A DNA stretch of 63,454 bases from Octopus bimaculoides (Eukaryota). Shown piece by piece: positions 41,185-52,745 of the stretch. Every line of letters begins with the position of its first letter. Position 1 is the stretch's first letter. The notes beneath the pieces were generated by a model, which ran no database searches, was not told where the DNA came from, and worked only from the letters and a program-made list of their open reading frames with translations. A program made the position numbers and the translations under genes. The DNA is taken from assembly GCF_001194135.2 (NCBI RefSeq), contig NC_069006.1, forward strand, positions 18,819,730-18,883,183, in the 5' to 3' direction.

Positions 41185-42297
41185 CATTCTTCTGTAGCTG
41201 TAACCCATTTTGATGCCTGAAACTCACAGCTTCATGCTTTTCAGAACTGCAACTACTACTACTGCTGCTGCTGCTGTTGTTGTTGTCGTTTAAAAAGTTG
41301 GTCTGGTTTTTCATGCCATCTGCAAAAGCCAACTTCGGAGAAACAGGTTCCTCTAAAATGTGTTTGCTAGATATTGTTTTAATACTGCTGTTGACATTAT
41401 TAATGACTCTTTGACAAGGTGCAAGATTTATTGTGGCAAATGAACATTTCATTATATTTGTTTGGATGTTTGATTCCCTTAAAGACTTCTGTTGGCAATC
41501 TTCCATTTTTGTTTCTTTACACTTGGAACTAAGAACTGAGCTCGTATCTTTTAGCACTGAGCAGAAATTTCTGGCCACAGGGTTAGTTCTAATAATGAAT
41601 GTTTCAACAGGATATGATGGTAGTTCCATGGACCACTCTGATTTTCTCATCAAGCAGTCTCCATCTTTCAGCTCCTGTGTTTCATTTGTAATCAAACTAT
41701 CACTTTTAATAACATTGTTGCATTCCCGAGGTTTTGCTGGGTGGAACAGACTGCTGCACTTTATCACCTTATCTTGAGCAATAACATCAGAACTTGCTTT
41801 GACAGAGGGAGCATTTTTCTCTTTAAGGCATTTATACATCTCCCTATCCAATTCCATACAAGTTTGAGGTGATACTCTCTCATGACAAAATTCATTTGAG
41901 TATTCTGATTTAATGTCAGTTTCCTGGCTTCTGCAATCTCTTGTGATTTGAGGATTTTCATTAAGTGATACATTCCCAGAGATTTTGTTATGGTTAACAG
42001 GAGATAATGTTTTCAATATTGCACACTTAGAATTTTCAGCAAGTGTACAATAACTGGTGAAGAGATGTCCTTCATCTGTGGTCTCTGTAGACTTTGAGAA
42101 ATCTGTGTTGCATTGAGGAATGTGTTCAGGGTGATCAGAATCAATGAGAATACTTTCCTGCTTCTGAGGTTCCTTACTGCAGTTTTTGATCGAAAGTCTT
42201 CTGGTGCCCTTCCATAATCCATTACAGTTAAATCCATTTCGAGAGTTAGCTAAACAGCCAACAGTCAGTGTTGATACCATGTTTTCCTTCTGTGCAT
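41185..42297 (-). CDS. Large Ser/Cys-rich, probably disordered exon of the Ig-domain gene; alternative donor at 41107; possible start Met at 42280
   Basis: Stop-free frame of 440 codons. Acceptor tttctttgtag|AT GCA CAG is phase 1. Donor candidates AAT G|GTGAGA (41185) and AAA G|GTTCTC (41107) are both phase 1, matching the next exon. Met context aaaacATGG. Confidence 0.75.
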
Positions 42298-44419
42298 CTA
42301 CAAAGAAATATTAACAGGAAGGTTAGATTCTCTAGACATTGTGTTTCATTTTCTTAAATAGTTAAGTTAAATGGCTGAGTGGATTAGATATTGGCTTTAA
42401 TAATTTATTAGAAGTTCAAATCTACTGCCCTTCCTATCATCAACTCTCACCTAATTCTTCCACATAAGGTAATATCTCCCCATGACCAGACATGTATTCA
42501 TGCAAGACCGGAAATGAAGAACACCACTTGCATGATAGTGACACTTGTTTACAGTTATTGTGTATACTTAGGCACTACCTACATAACTCTTTTCCATCAG
42601 TTCCAAGTTTATCACTTATGACACCACTGGTCTACTTACCAATCTCATCAACATTGTGGATTTCCTTTCTATCACATATTGGAGTGTACCTATTTATTAC
42701 AAACTTTTCACATTCCCAACTCTTCTTGATTTCCTGCAATATATATTTTTTTATATAAATGACTTTGCATTTCTCTTCAATATGTTATTTCTTCAATTTT
42801 TTTTACTTGTTTTAGTCATTAGACTGCAGCCATGCTGGGGCACTGCCTTCAAAAATTTTTAGTCAAATGAATTGATCCCAGTACTTATCTTTTATTATTT
42901 GGTGCTTATTCTATCAGTCTCTTTTTGCTGAACCACTACATTATGGAGACAAACACATCAGCACTGGCTGTCAAGCAGCGGTGGGGGACAAATACAGACA
43001 CAAACACACACACACACACAACAGGCTTCTTTCAGTTTCCATCTACCAAATAAATTTACAAGGCTTTGGTCAGCCAAATACTACAGTAGAAGATACTTGC
43101 CCAAGCTACCACACGTTATTTTGTTGTTACATACATTGTCTCTTTTTGGACACCCCATTACCACCCCACTTTTCTTCAGCGTCCACCCCCCGCTCTTTCC
43201 ACAGCCTTCTATGGGAACCACTGCTCTAATACCTATATGAAACAAGCCCACCAGCGGCTGTCAAAGTGGTCGTTTGATCTGCTAGAAATAGCAGCCAGAT
43301 CCAGTCGTGTTACACCTTACCATTCTTTAAAAATAGGAAATATTGTATATGGGGAATGTATAGATGGAACACCTTTAATCAAAGGCCTACTCAATAAGGT
43401 CCAACCTCGAGCTAAACAACAACAACAGAAATCTTGATGTTTAATGTTAAATCTCAATCGCACACTATCAGGCTGCTTTACGATAAAAGGCATTTCAACC
43501 GCGACAATCTTGTCCTATATAAGACATAGAGAACCGAAGGCTAAATACATTCTCTCTTTTAAAACAGAGTTGAGCGTAGTATACAGGAAATTTGGCTGCG
43601 GATTCCAAGAGATTGAACGACCACACCAAAATTCAATTTTGAATGTGAATCAAACAATGCGTTTTCAAGGGAAGTAACTCTAAAAGCAAACAATAAAACC
43701 ATTGTAATTACTTCCCTTATTTCTTATGCTAGCGGGTGGCGTACTTTTTTTTTTTTTTTACATGCTGATCTTAGATCCCGGCAATCTCAGTTTTGCCTTT
43801 CATCCTTTATTTGTCAGTAAAATAATGTACCAATCACAAACAGTGTATCGATAATACAATTACCTAAATTTGGAGCTAGTACATATTTTTATAAATCTTT
43901 TACTTGTTTCAGACATTGAACTGCCGCCATACTTGGAGCAGCGCTTTGAAGGGCTTAGTCGAACAAATCAACCACAATAATTATTTTAAAAATCTGATAC
44001 TTATTCTATCTATCTCTTTGCCGGACCACTAAATTACAGGAACGTAAACAAACAAACACTGGTTGTGAAGCAGTGGGAAGCACAAGCACAAAGATACCCC
44101 CCCCCATATATATGTGGTGGGGTGTATACACGACGAGGTTCTTTCAGTTTTCGTCTGCCACATCCAGTCACAAGGCTTCAGTCGACTCGGCGTTATAGTA
44201 GAAGACACTTGACTAATGTGACACGCAGTGGAACTTAACTCGTAACCATGTGGTTGGAAAGCAAACTTCTTACCACACTGCTACGTTTGTGCCCATATTT
44301 CATAAAATCTAAGAGTACCGTGCGGCTATAATATCCGAAAGGCCACGATTTCAACTCAATTGGGTCTCATTAGATTCGATGCGGTTGAAAAAGATAATAA
44401 AGCATCGTTTTATCTAAAT

Positions 44420-44670
44420 AAGTGGTTCTCAAACTATTTTCCCCCCTATGGACCCCTTTGATTCCTATTTTACTTGGATGGACCCTCCTCGCCAGTCGAT
44501 GTTAAAAAAAAACCATATTTTTACAATTAGATATTATTAGAAATTGTATTAAAAAATTGTTAAGATATTTTGTGTATTGTAAAAGTATAAGCAATTTATT
44601 GCAGATAAATTTTAACAACAAAATCTTATGGGCTTCCAAGGTCTATATGGTCCCCGATTGTGAAGCACTG
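44420..44670. mobile_element. hAT (Charlie-like) MITE
   Basis: AGTGGTTCTCAAAC ... GAAGCACTG; the internal sequence matches 35057-35297. Confidence 0.8.
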
Positions 44671-44851
44671 ATCAAAACAATTCAATATCTGCTTCGATAT
44701 GACTTCCACTAACTGCACAAAAGTTTTGCATTTGGAAAGGCAGTTAACCCTTTTGTTACCATATTTTTCTTGAAATACTGCTCTTTGTCTCAATGGATTA
44801 CAATTATAAAAGAAGAGTATCGTAAAATAACTCATTATTAAGTAGATGTTT

Positions 44852-45262
44852 AAGGCGGCGAGCTATCAGAATCGTTAGTACGTCGGACATAAGTTCAAAT
44901 TTCGCTGTGGTTGGCTTTGTCTTTCATCCTTTCAGGAGCGATAAAATAAGTACCAATTGAATACTGGATTCGATGCAGTCAACTTACCCCTCCCCAGAAA
45001 TTGCTGGCCTTGTGGCAAAATTTGAAACCATTATTAAGTAGATGCTTAAGGCGGTGATCAGGTAGAATCGTTAGTACGTCGGACAAGATGCTAAGCGGAA
45101 TTTCATCGGTCTTTACGTTATTATTTCAAATTCGCCGAGGTCGACTTTGCCTTTCATCCTTCTGGATCAATAAAATAAGTACCAGTTGAGTACTGGGGTC
45201 GATGTAATCGACCAGACCCTACCCTCAAAATTTCTGGCTGTGCGCTTATACAAGAAAGATTA
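44852..45262 (+). mobile_element. Two tandem family B tRNA-headed SINEs
   Basis: ggcggcgagctatcagaatcgttagtacg...gttcaaatt occurs twice. Other copies at about 5980-6150, 22872-23088, 24925-25133, 48890-49085(-) and 61478-61652. Confidence 0.8.
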
Positions 45263-45943
45263 TTAAGTAGATGTTTGGAATATGATTTAACGTGAAATCT
45301 TAGTAGAAAATTTTGATTGAGATCACTTTAAAAGAGGAGGTTTGTACCAGAGAACCAGGAGCGGTCTTTGGCTGGCTAGTATCACAAGGGTTGTGATGTT
45401 AAGTTCATTAAATGTTCTCCAAATGTTACATTGTGAGCCGAGGATCGTAAATCTGGGCTGGTGGGTGGATAATCAGCAAAAGTTTTGAACCAATGTGTTA
45501 GAAATAAATCGATGGAAATACATACAGTACATAAAGAAGTCTCTCTTTCCCTCCCAACACCCATACATACATGTGTGTGTATGAGAGTATATATATATAT
45601 ATAGATACACACACACACAAACACATATATGGGCGTGGTAAGAAGCTTGCTTCTCAACCACATGGTTCTGCGTTCAATCCTACTGCGAGGAAAGTGTCTT
45701 CTACTATAGCCTCAGGATGACCAAAGCCTTGTGAGTGAATTTGGTAGACGGAAACTGAAAGATGCCCGCCATATATATATTTAAATATGTATGTATGTAT
45801 ATAGTTATGCGTGTGTGTATCTGTGTTTGTTGCACCGCCATTGCTTGATAACCGACGCTGGTGTGTTTATATCAGCGTAACTTAGCGGTCGAGCAAAAGA
45901 GTCCGGTAGAATAAATACTCGGCTTACAAAGAATATGTTCTGG

Positions 45944-46074
<131 letters not shown>

Positions 46075-46279
46075 TGCATGTATGTTTATGTTGTGTGTTC
46101 ATGCTAGTCTCTCTCTCTCTCTCTCTTTGTGTGTTGGGGGGTGGGGGTGGCGTCCTCATCCTCACCGAAAAGACTGATAAAATAAGTACCAGATTTTGTT
46201 CGACTAAACCCTTCAACGTGGTGCCCCAACATTATCGCAGTCCATCGACTGAAACAATTAAAAGATAAGAGTAGAAAGA

Positions 46280-46625
46280 CACAACAATGAAATCCCAGAT
46301 ACAGAACACAATGCTGAAAGTTTGGGGATGATGTCTAGAGTAAGAAAGGTTATCAGAACGTAGAGGCAGGGACGACAGAAAGGCGAGGTAGAAAATTAAT
46401 TGAGACGAATCTCCTTGGTGCTCATACCAAATTATCTAAATGGAAAGCAATCGGATTAGACGGAGTGCGAAAGTTCTGGATGGAAAACATTAAAGCTATT
46501 ATGCAAGTGCTGGTTAGGTTATTAAAGGAATGTTTTTGAAGTAGATGCATTCCAAACAGGATGATTATGAGTAAGACAACACTTACGAAAAACAAACAAA
46601 AACTACAGGCAGATAACTTGTGTTC
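46280..46625 (+). mobile_element. Dong/R4-clade (RLE) LINE, pre-RT remnant
   Basis: WKAIGLDGVRKFWMENI resembles the WKAPGPDGI..FWLK motif of R4/Dong RT. Confidence 0.65.
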
Positions 46626-46659
46626 CATGACAATGTAAATTGTTAGCAAGTTTAGGTTC

Positions 46660-47050
46660 AGGCGTGGCTATATGGTAAGAAGCTTGCTTCTCAACCACAT
46701 GGTTCTAGGTTCAGCCATACTAGGCAGAACCTTGGGCAATTTTTTTTTTACTATGGCCCCGAGCTGACCAAAGCCTTGTGAGTGCATTTGGTAGACGGAA
46801 GCCCATCGTATGTAAGTATGCTTGTATGTGTATGTATGTATCTGTATGTTTGTTCCTCACCATCGTTTGACAACCAGTGTTGGTTTGTTTACGCCCTCGC
46901 AACTTAGCAGTTGAGCAAAAGCGACCGATAGAATAAGTATCAGACTATTGGAAATAAGTACTGAGGTCGATTCGTTCGAGTAAAACCCTTCAAGGCGGTG
47001 CCCAAACACGGCTGCAGTCCAATGACTGAAGCAAGTAAAAGATAAACGAT
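46660..47050 (+). mobile_element. tRNA-headed SINE, family C
   Basis: Head ggcgtggctatatggtaagaagcttgc...ggttcag; tail aagtaaaagataaa. Confidence 0.8.
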
Positions 47051-47229
47051 AAAATATAAGTATATATGATTTATGCAAACTGAGAATGTGTTCCTCGGAC
47101 AAAAATGAGTGGGAAACGGTTGAAAAGAGAAAAGGAAAAAGAGGGAAAAAATACACCATGTGGATGTCGACCCCCATCCCACGGCCACCCCACAACAACT
47201 CACACCCACTTTGCCCCCTCCCCATCCAG

Positions 47230-47468
47230 ACGCCAAACCTCCCCAGGACTAAGAAGTATATATAAAATACAGAAAATAGCACTACCAGGCACCGCACAAA
47301 TCCTACGTAAAAAAAAAAAAAACTTTCAATACAGTAAAAATAAGAGCATCNNNNNNNNNNCTCAGCACATACCCAACGCACAGAGCAGCGCTCAGTAATG
47401 CAGTGAAAGCATCAAGACTACTGGATAATGATAATAATAATAATAATGATAATAATAATAATAATAAT
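47230..47468 (+). mobile_element. Dong/R4-clade LINE 3' end followed by (TAA)n
   Basis: PGLRSIYKIQKIALPGTAQILRK is an RLE C-terminal motif; (TAA)n at about 47425-47468. Confidence 0.7.
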
Positions 47469-47470
47469 AT

Positions 47471-48790
47471 GTATGCTGCAATTCACGATGGGTATGCGGC
47501 TTTTCATGTGAACAGCTCAGAGGATTGATATCACCTCTGCCCTGCATAAGCCGCTGTAGTCTCTGCGTCTGTGAGAGTTCTGCAAGTTACACAAGGCGAA
47601 CTTGGCCTATAGAAAATCACTCTCATTCTTTTCAGTGATAGTAACAAACAGTGATCCAGATAACGGCATTAACGGGAAGACTCCCCAGGGTGACCAACAC
47701 ACCGGAGCAGCTGCGTTCGGCAGAGACCCCTCTAATAGTAATGGGGTGGAAGACTGCTCCCCGGGTGTGGTCCTTTCACTGGTCAAAATACACAACGTGC
47801 TTGCAAACGCAAGTGATCTACCGATATAAACAAAAGGCAATTAAGTGTTATGAACAAGCCTTGCAAGACAAGAGCAATGATAAATGCAAAGCTGTTTGGA
47901 AAAGAGTACTAGAACTTTGGAACTAGCTTGTTATGTTTCAGATTACTGAAAATGGGCTCATGAATAAGATAAGAACAATTCAGAATAGACGGTTTCTTAA
48001 AGAAACCTAGATTCAAACAGTCAAAGAAAGCCTCTGTAGTGATGATAACTTCGAGCAGGATAATGTAGGTGAAGGTAAGCTGATGGATAGGTGAGGACCA
48101 GGTATTGAATACCAACTCAGTGAAAAAGGATATGTAGCACATAAGTGCAACACACCTCTTCAGAATGTTTGGGAAGGAAGCCGAAAGCATGACTCACATC
48201 GTTAGCGCTCGTGAAAATCTAGCACAGAAAGAGTACAAGCCCAAACACGACAAGACAACCTTGAACTTTCACTGGCTATTGTGCCGAAAGTATAGATATG
48301 AGGAAACGGACGCTTGGTGCCAACATACACTGGAAAGGGTATTGAACGAAAACAGGAAGGCAAAGAGCCTCTGGGACTTGACTTCCAGACAGACAAGGTG
48401 TTGGTGCACCGATGACCGAATATAGTAGCCTTTAAGAGAGAGAGAGAGACAAACAGACAGAGAAGCAAAAGTGCTCAATAATTGGCGAGCAATGCCAAAT
48501 CAACAAATTGTTATGAAAGGAAGTGAAAAGGTCAGCAAATATGGAGACCCGAAAATTGAGATCGCCAAGATGTGGCAACTGCGAGAGACAAACATAAAGG
48601 TTGTTCCTGTTGTCATCGGAGCAGTAGGTTCAATACCACCGAACCTAAAGAAGCATCTGGACATTTTAGAATTACCCTACAATCTTGGTGTATTGCAAAA
48701 ATTAGCTTTACTTGGAACTGCACGCATACTGCATGAAATGTTGTCTGTGGAGGTCCTCGTTGTGATTTCACAGACAGTACAAATCCCCAG
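47471..48790 (+). mobile_element. Internally deleted Dong/R4-clade LINE (putative 5' UTR plus CCHC/RLE 3' part)
   Basis: RMFGKEAESMTHIVSARENLAQKEYKPKHDK is a decayed CCHC finger. KIEIAKMWQL...VVPVVIGAVGSIP...QKLALLGTARIL is the RLE tail. A (TAA)n tract follows at about 48850. Confidence 0.8.
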
Positions 48791-49104
48791 CACACAGAAT
48801 ATCTTCAATTTACAAAATCACAATATGGTATACTATGCGATGTCTTTGATAATAATAATAATAACAACAACGATCCTTTCTACTAAAAAATAACAAAGCC
48901 TGAAATTTTGGGGAGGAGGCTAGTCGATTACATCGACTCCAGTGATTCATTAGTACTTAATTTATCGATCCCGAAAGGATGACAGGCAAAGTCACCACGG
49001 CAGAATTTGAACTCAGATCCTAAAGACGACGAAATGGTGCTAAGCATTTTGCTCCTCGTGCTAACGATTCTGCCAGCTCGCCACCTAATTAACAGTAATT
49101 AATA

Positions 49105-49680
49105 ATCTTACTATAATGGGCGTTATATCCGTCTGTTCCTGCCTCACGGTCAAACGGTTGGACCAATGGTCACGATGGTTGTCGAGATTACGAAGGAGGT
49201 AATCAGGAAGATTTTTAGCGAAAGAAAAAAAAATGTAAAAAAGTTTAATTATTTGGGTTTTGTATTAATAAATCGCCTTTGATTTCTTTTTTGTTAAAAT
49301 TCCGGCAGCGAGGATTACCCCGTATAGTTCGTGAATTTAGAGGGTTTAGATTTGCGATACTATCCCTTTATTTCCCATCGTAGGTGGGCAGATTTGCTAT
49401 CTTATTATAATGGGCATTACGTCCGTCTCTTTGTCTGTTCACTTTTCACGGCCAGACGGCTGGACCAATGGTTACGATATTATTACAAAGACGGTCGTTA
49501 GGAAGGTTTTTAGTATTACAAAATCAGAAAGTACAATTATTTCGTGGATAACAATTTTTCAATTGATAAACCACCTTCACATTTTTATTAAAAATTCACC
49601 GACTACGAGTAACTCTGGATTTTCATAGTTCGTGGCTCCATCGTAGATACGAAGGGGTCGCGAGGATGACTAATAGTGAA
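49105..49680 (+). mobile_element. Two diverged tandem copies (~295-bp period) of a Helentron/HINE-like non-autonomous element
   Basis: tccgtctgt...aacggttggaccaatgg and tccgtctct...gacggctggaccaatgg; a GC-rich 3' end precedes ctaatagt. Confidence 0.4.
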
Positions 49681-51347
49681 AATAAAATGGAAAAGTGTGT
49701 GTCAATATATAGTGTGCATGGTTATTTAATGTTTATTGAAGTGTGTCAGTCTCGAGCAGGATTCGAAACGGCTAAAGATTTCGCTCACGCATTCACAACA
49801 AACAATTTACACTCGGCCAGTTATACGTCGCTATGAGTAGAGCAACGGACTCCAGTAATTTGAAAATTAGTATCGACCAAATAGAAAATATCGTCTAGGA
49901 AGAAGTTTTGTAATAATATTGATATTATCGAAAGGAATATGACTCAATTTAAATAAGGAAATTTGTGAACTTTGAATGTATAAGAGTGTAAACAAGCGTA
50001 AAATAGGGTAAACAACTAAAATAAAAGTATATCTAAATAACATTTTTTTTCTTAATACTTTTTATATAGTCGTCGTCGGAAGCTCTGGCTTTCGTTAGGA
50101 GTGGTCCACATAACCATTCATGATACAGAGCCTGGGAGCGTATTTCATCACATGTCACTTAGTCGCAAACATGTCATATAGCTGCAATAGAATGCTGTAT
50201 CACCAACAATAATGTGATTTCTCTTAGACATCACCCAGTAATCTATCAAGTCCATTCACACATTTCTCAATACATACTGCTGTTATGACTTCCCTCCCTC
50301 ATTTTATGCCTTCACCGTGGATGAGTAGATTTGCTAGTAAAAATAACCGATAATACGTACCGATGTCTACTTTTCTTTCTTCAGTTAAACCAAAATCCTG
50401 TAAAATAAAAAAAGAAAAACATCGAACTAAAGCAACAAGTGTTAAAGAATTCTTCTGTGACTTATTTTTGTTGTTTGAAGTGTTAAAATTTTCTATTTTG
50501 ATAAATACTAACATAGAATCCAGTTTGTGCAGTGTTTATCTAATTTTCGATAGGTCATTGGTTCGCATGCTAACAGCATCACTGTTCTCACAGTCCATCG
50601 GTTTATATCTCTTAAAATGATCTGGTGACCTAAAGTTCTATAAGGCCTTCAGGATTGTACAATCACGCAACTTTCTGTAAATATATGTCATGTGTATATA
50701 TACAGGACATCTAGTAGTAAATAAGCAACATGTGGAGGTAAATATCATCTATCCACTTGTAGACACAGTTCATCTAGAAATAAATAAGCGTCTTGCGGAT
50801 AGATACAAACCACTTAACTGTAAATGAGCAACACTTGGAGGTAAATATCACTTACTCTATAGAGTACAGGCGCGGTCCCAGGAAATTTTCGAAGGGAGGC
50901 CACATGGTCAGAAGGGAATACAGTTCCAGGAGAAAAGGGCGTAATAACATTATTTAGAAAGGCACACTTTTTTGAAGGGGTCACGTGCCCCTCAGCCCCC
51001 CATCATGTGAGATTTCTTGTTTTGCTGGTGCCGCGTAAAAAGCACACAGCACACTCTATGAAGTGATTGCTGTCAGGAAGGGTATCCAGCTGTAGAAACC
51101 ATGCCAAAATAAACAAAGCTTAGCGCAGATCTCTCACCCACCCCTACAAGATGATCCGCTGTCATGAGCTCACGCANNNNNNNNNNNNNNNNNNNNNNNN
51201 NNNNNNNNNNNNNNNNNNNNNNNNNNNNNNNNNNNNNNNNNNNNNNNNNNNNNNNNNNNNNNNNNNNNNNNNNNNNNNNNNNNNNNNNNNNNNNNNNNNN
51301 NNNNNNNNNNNNNNNNNNNNNNNNNNNNNNNNNNNNNNNNNNNNNNN

Positions 51348-52000
51348 ACATCGAACAGACTGTAAACCACCAGATTGACCGACTTTGGAATGTATCTTGA
51401 TCTGTCGAGGGTAGATTCATAAATCGACGTCCAAATCCACAGACAATTATGGTTTGGGCGGTTGCGACAGCCACTGGAAGGTCTCCCCTCGTTTTTGTGC
51501 CCTCGGGTGTTAAAATTAACATCCAGTGATACATTAGCGACATTCTGAAAGCTGAACTGCTTCCATGGGCGATAGAGCACTTTCAAGGCGCACCTCGGAG
51601 CCTCCAACAGGTTTCGGCATCATCCCACAGCTCCAAACAGACACAACACTGGATTCAGAAAAACATTCCGTCATTCATAGACAAGGATGTATGGTCCTTA
51701 ATAAGCCCCGATTTTTCTGTTTGGTCCATTTTGGAGACGAGGGTCTCGAGCACTCCTCATGTTTCGCTCAATCCTCTGAAGGCGCGAATCGGCAAGAACA
51801 GCTGCGTACCGCGTGTGAAGCATTCGCACCTAGACTTAAGGCTGTGATTCGAAACAGAGGTGGTCATATCGACTAAATATGTTAGTGTCATAATTGTATT
51901 TCCTTTATCATTGCATTGCAACGCTCGGACCCGAAGTATAACAATAATTTGCTTTGATAAAATTGAAAAAAGTTGGTTGCCTTGATTTTGGGACACCCTG
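51348..52000 (+). mobile_element. Tc1/mariner-superfamily transposon, degraded 3' half
   Basis: ...QLRTACEAFAPRLKAVIRNRGGHID*; TIR ttgattttgggacaccctg followed by TA. Confidence 0.8.
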
Positions 52001-52354
52001 TATATCTCATCTGTAGTTCATATATCCGAAAAAGAAGCACCCTCTAAAACATTGGAGCAGTAATATATTTTAAGAAGGTTGATTGTTATGGTCGGTCAGA
52101 CAGTGACCATTGGTTTCGCACCTATAAAGCGCTTAATCTGACGAGTGCGAAAACAATAGTCACTCTATGATCGACTATAACAATTATCCTTCTAATTTTA
52201 TATGCATGCATATATATTCGTTCTATCTTTCCATTTCTGCTTTCCGATTCCAGTCTTTTAGGACGTTTTCCTTGCGTTACACATACACATATCCAGTCCT
52301 ACCCTTGTTTCTGAGCCGTATAGTCTTTATTTTGTTTGTTATTTTTTATCTTTT

Positions 52355-52550
52355 ACTTGTTTCAATCATTTGACTGCGGTCATGCTGGGGCACCGCCTTG
52401 AAGAATTTATAGTCATATATATCGACCCCAGGATTTTTGTTTCAAGCCTGGTACTTATTCTATCGATGTCTTAGGCTGAACCGCTAACTTACGGAGACAT
52501 AAACGCACCAACACCGGTTGTCAAGTAGTGGAGGTGGGGGACAAACACAG

Positions 52551-52590
<40 letters not shown>

Positions 52591-52745
52591 CAGGCTTCTT
52601 TCAGTTTCTGCCTACCAAATCCACTCACGCGGCTTTGGTCGGCCCGAGGCTATAATAGAAGACACTTGCTCAAGTTTCCACGCAGTAGGACTGAACCCGG
52701 AACCATATGGTTGGGAAGCAAGCTTCATACCACAGTCACGCCTGT
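52355..52745 (-). mobile_element. tRNA-headed SINE, family C (CpG-rich, well-preserved copy)
   Basis: Full head-to-tail match to the other copies, with an internal (CA)n tract. Confidence 0.85.
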
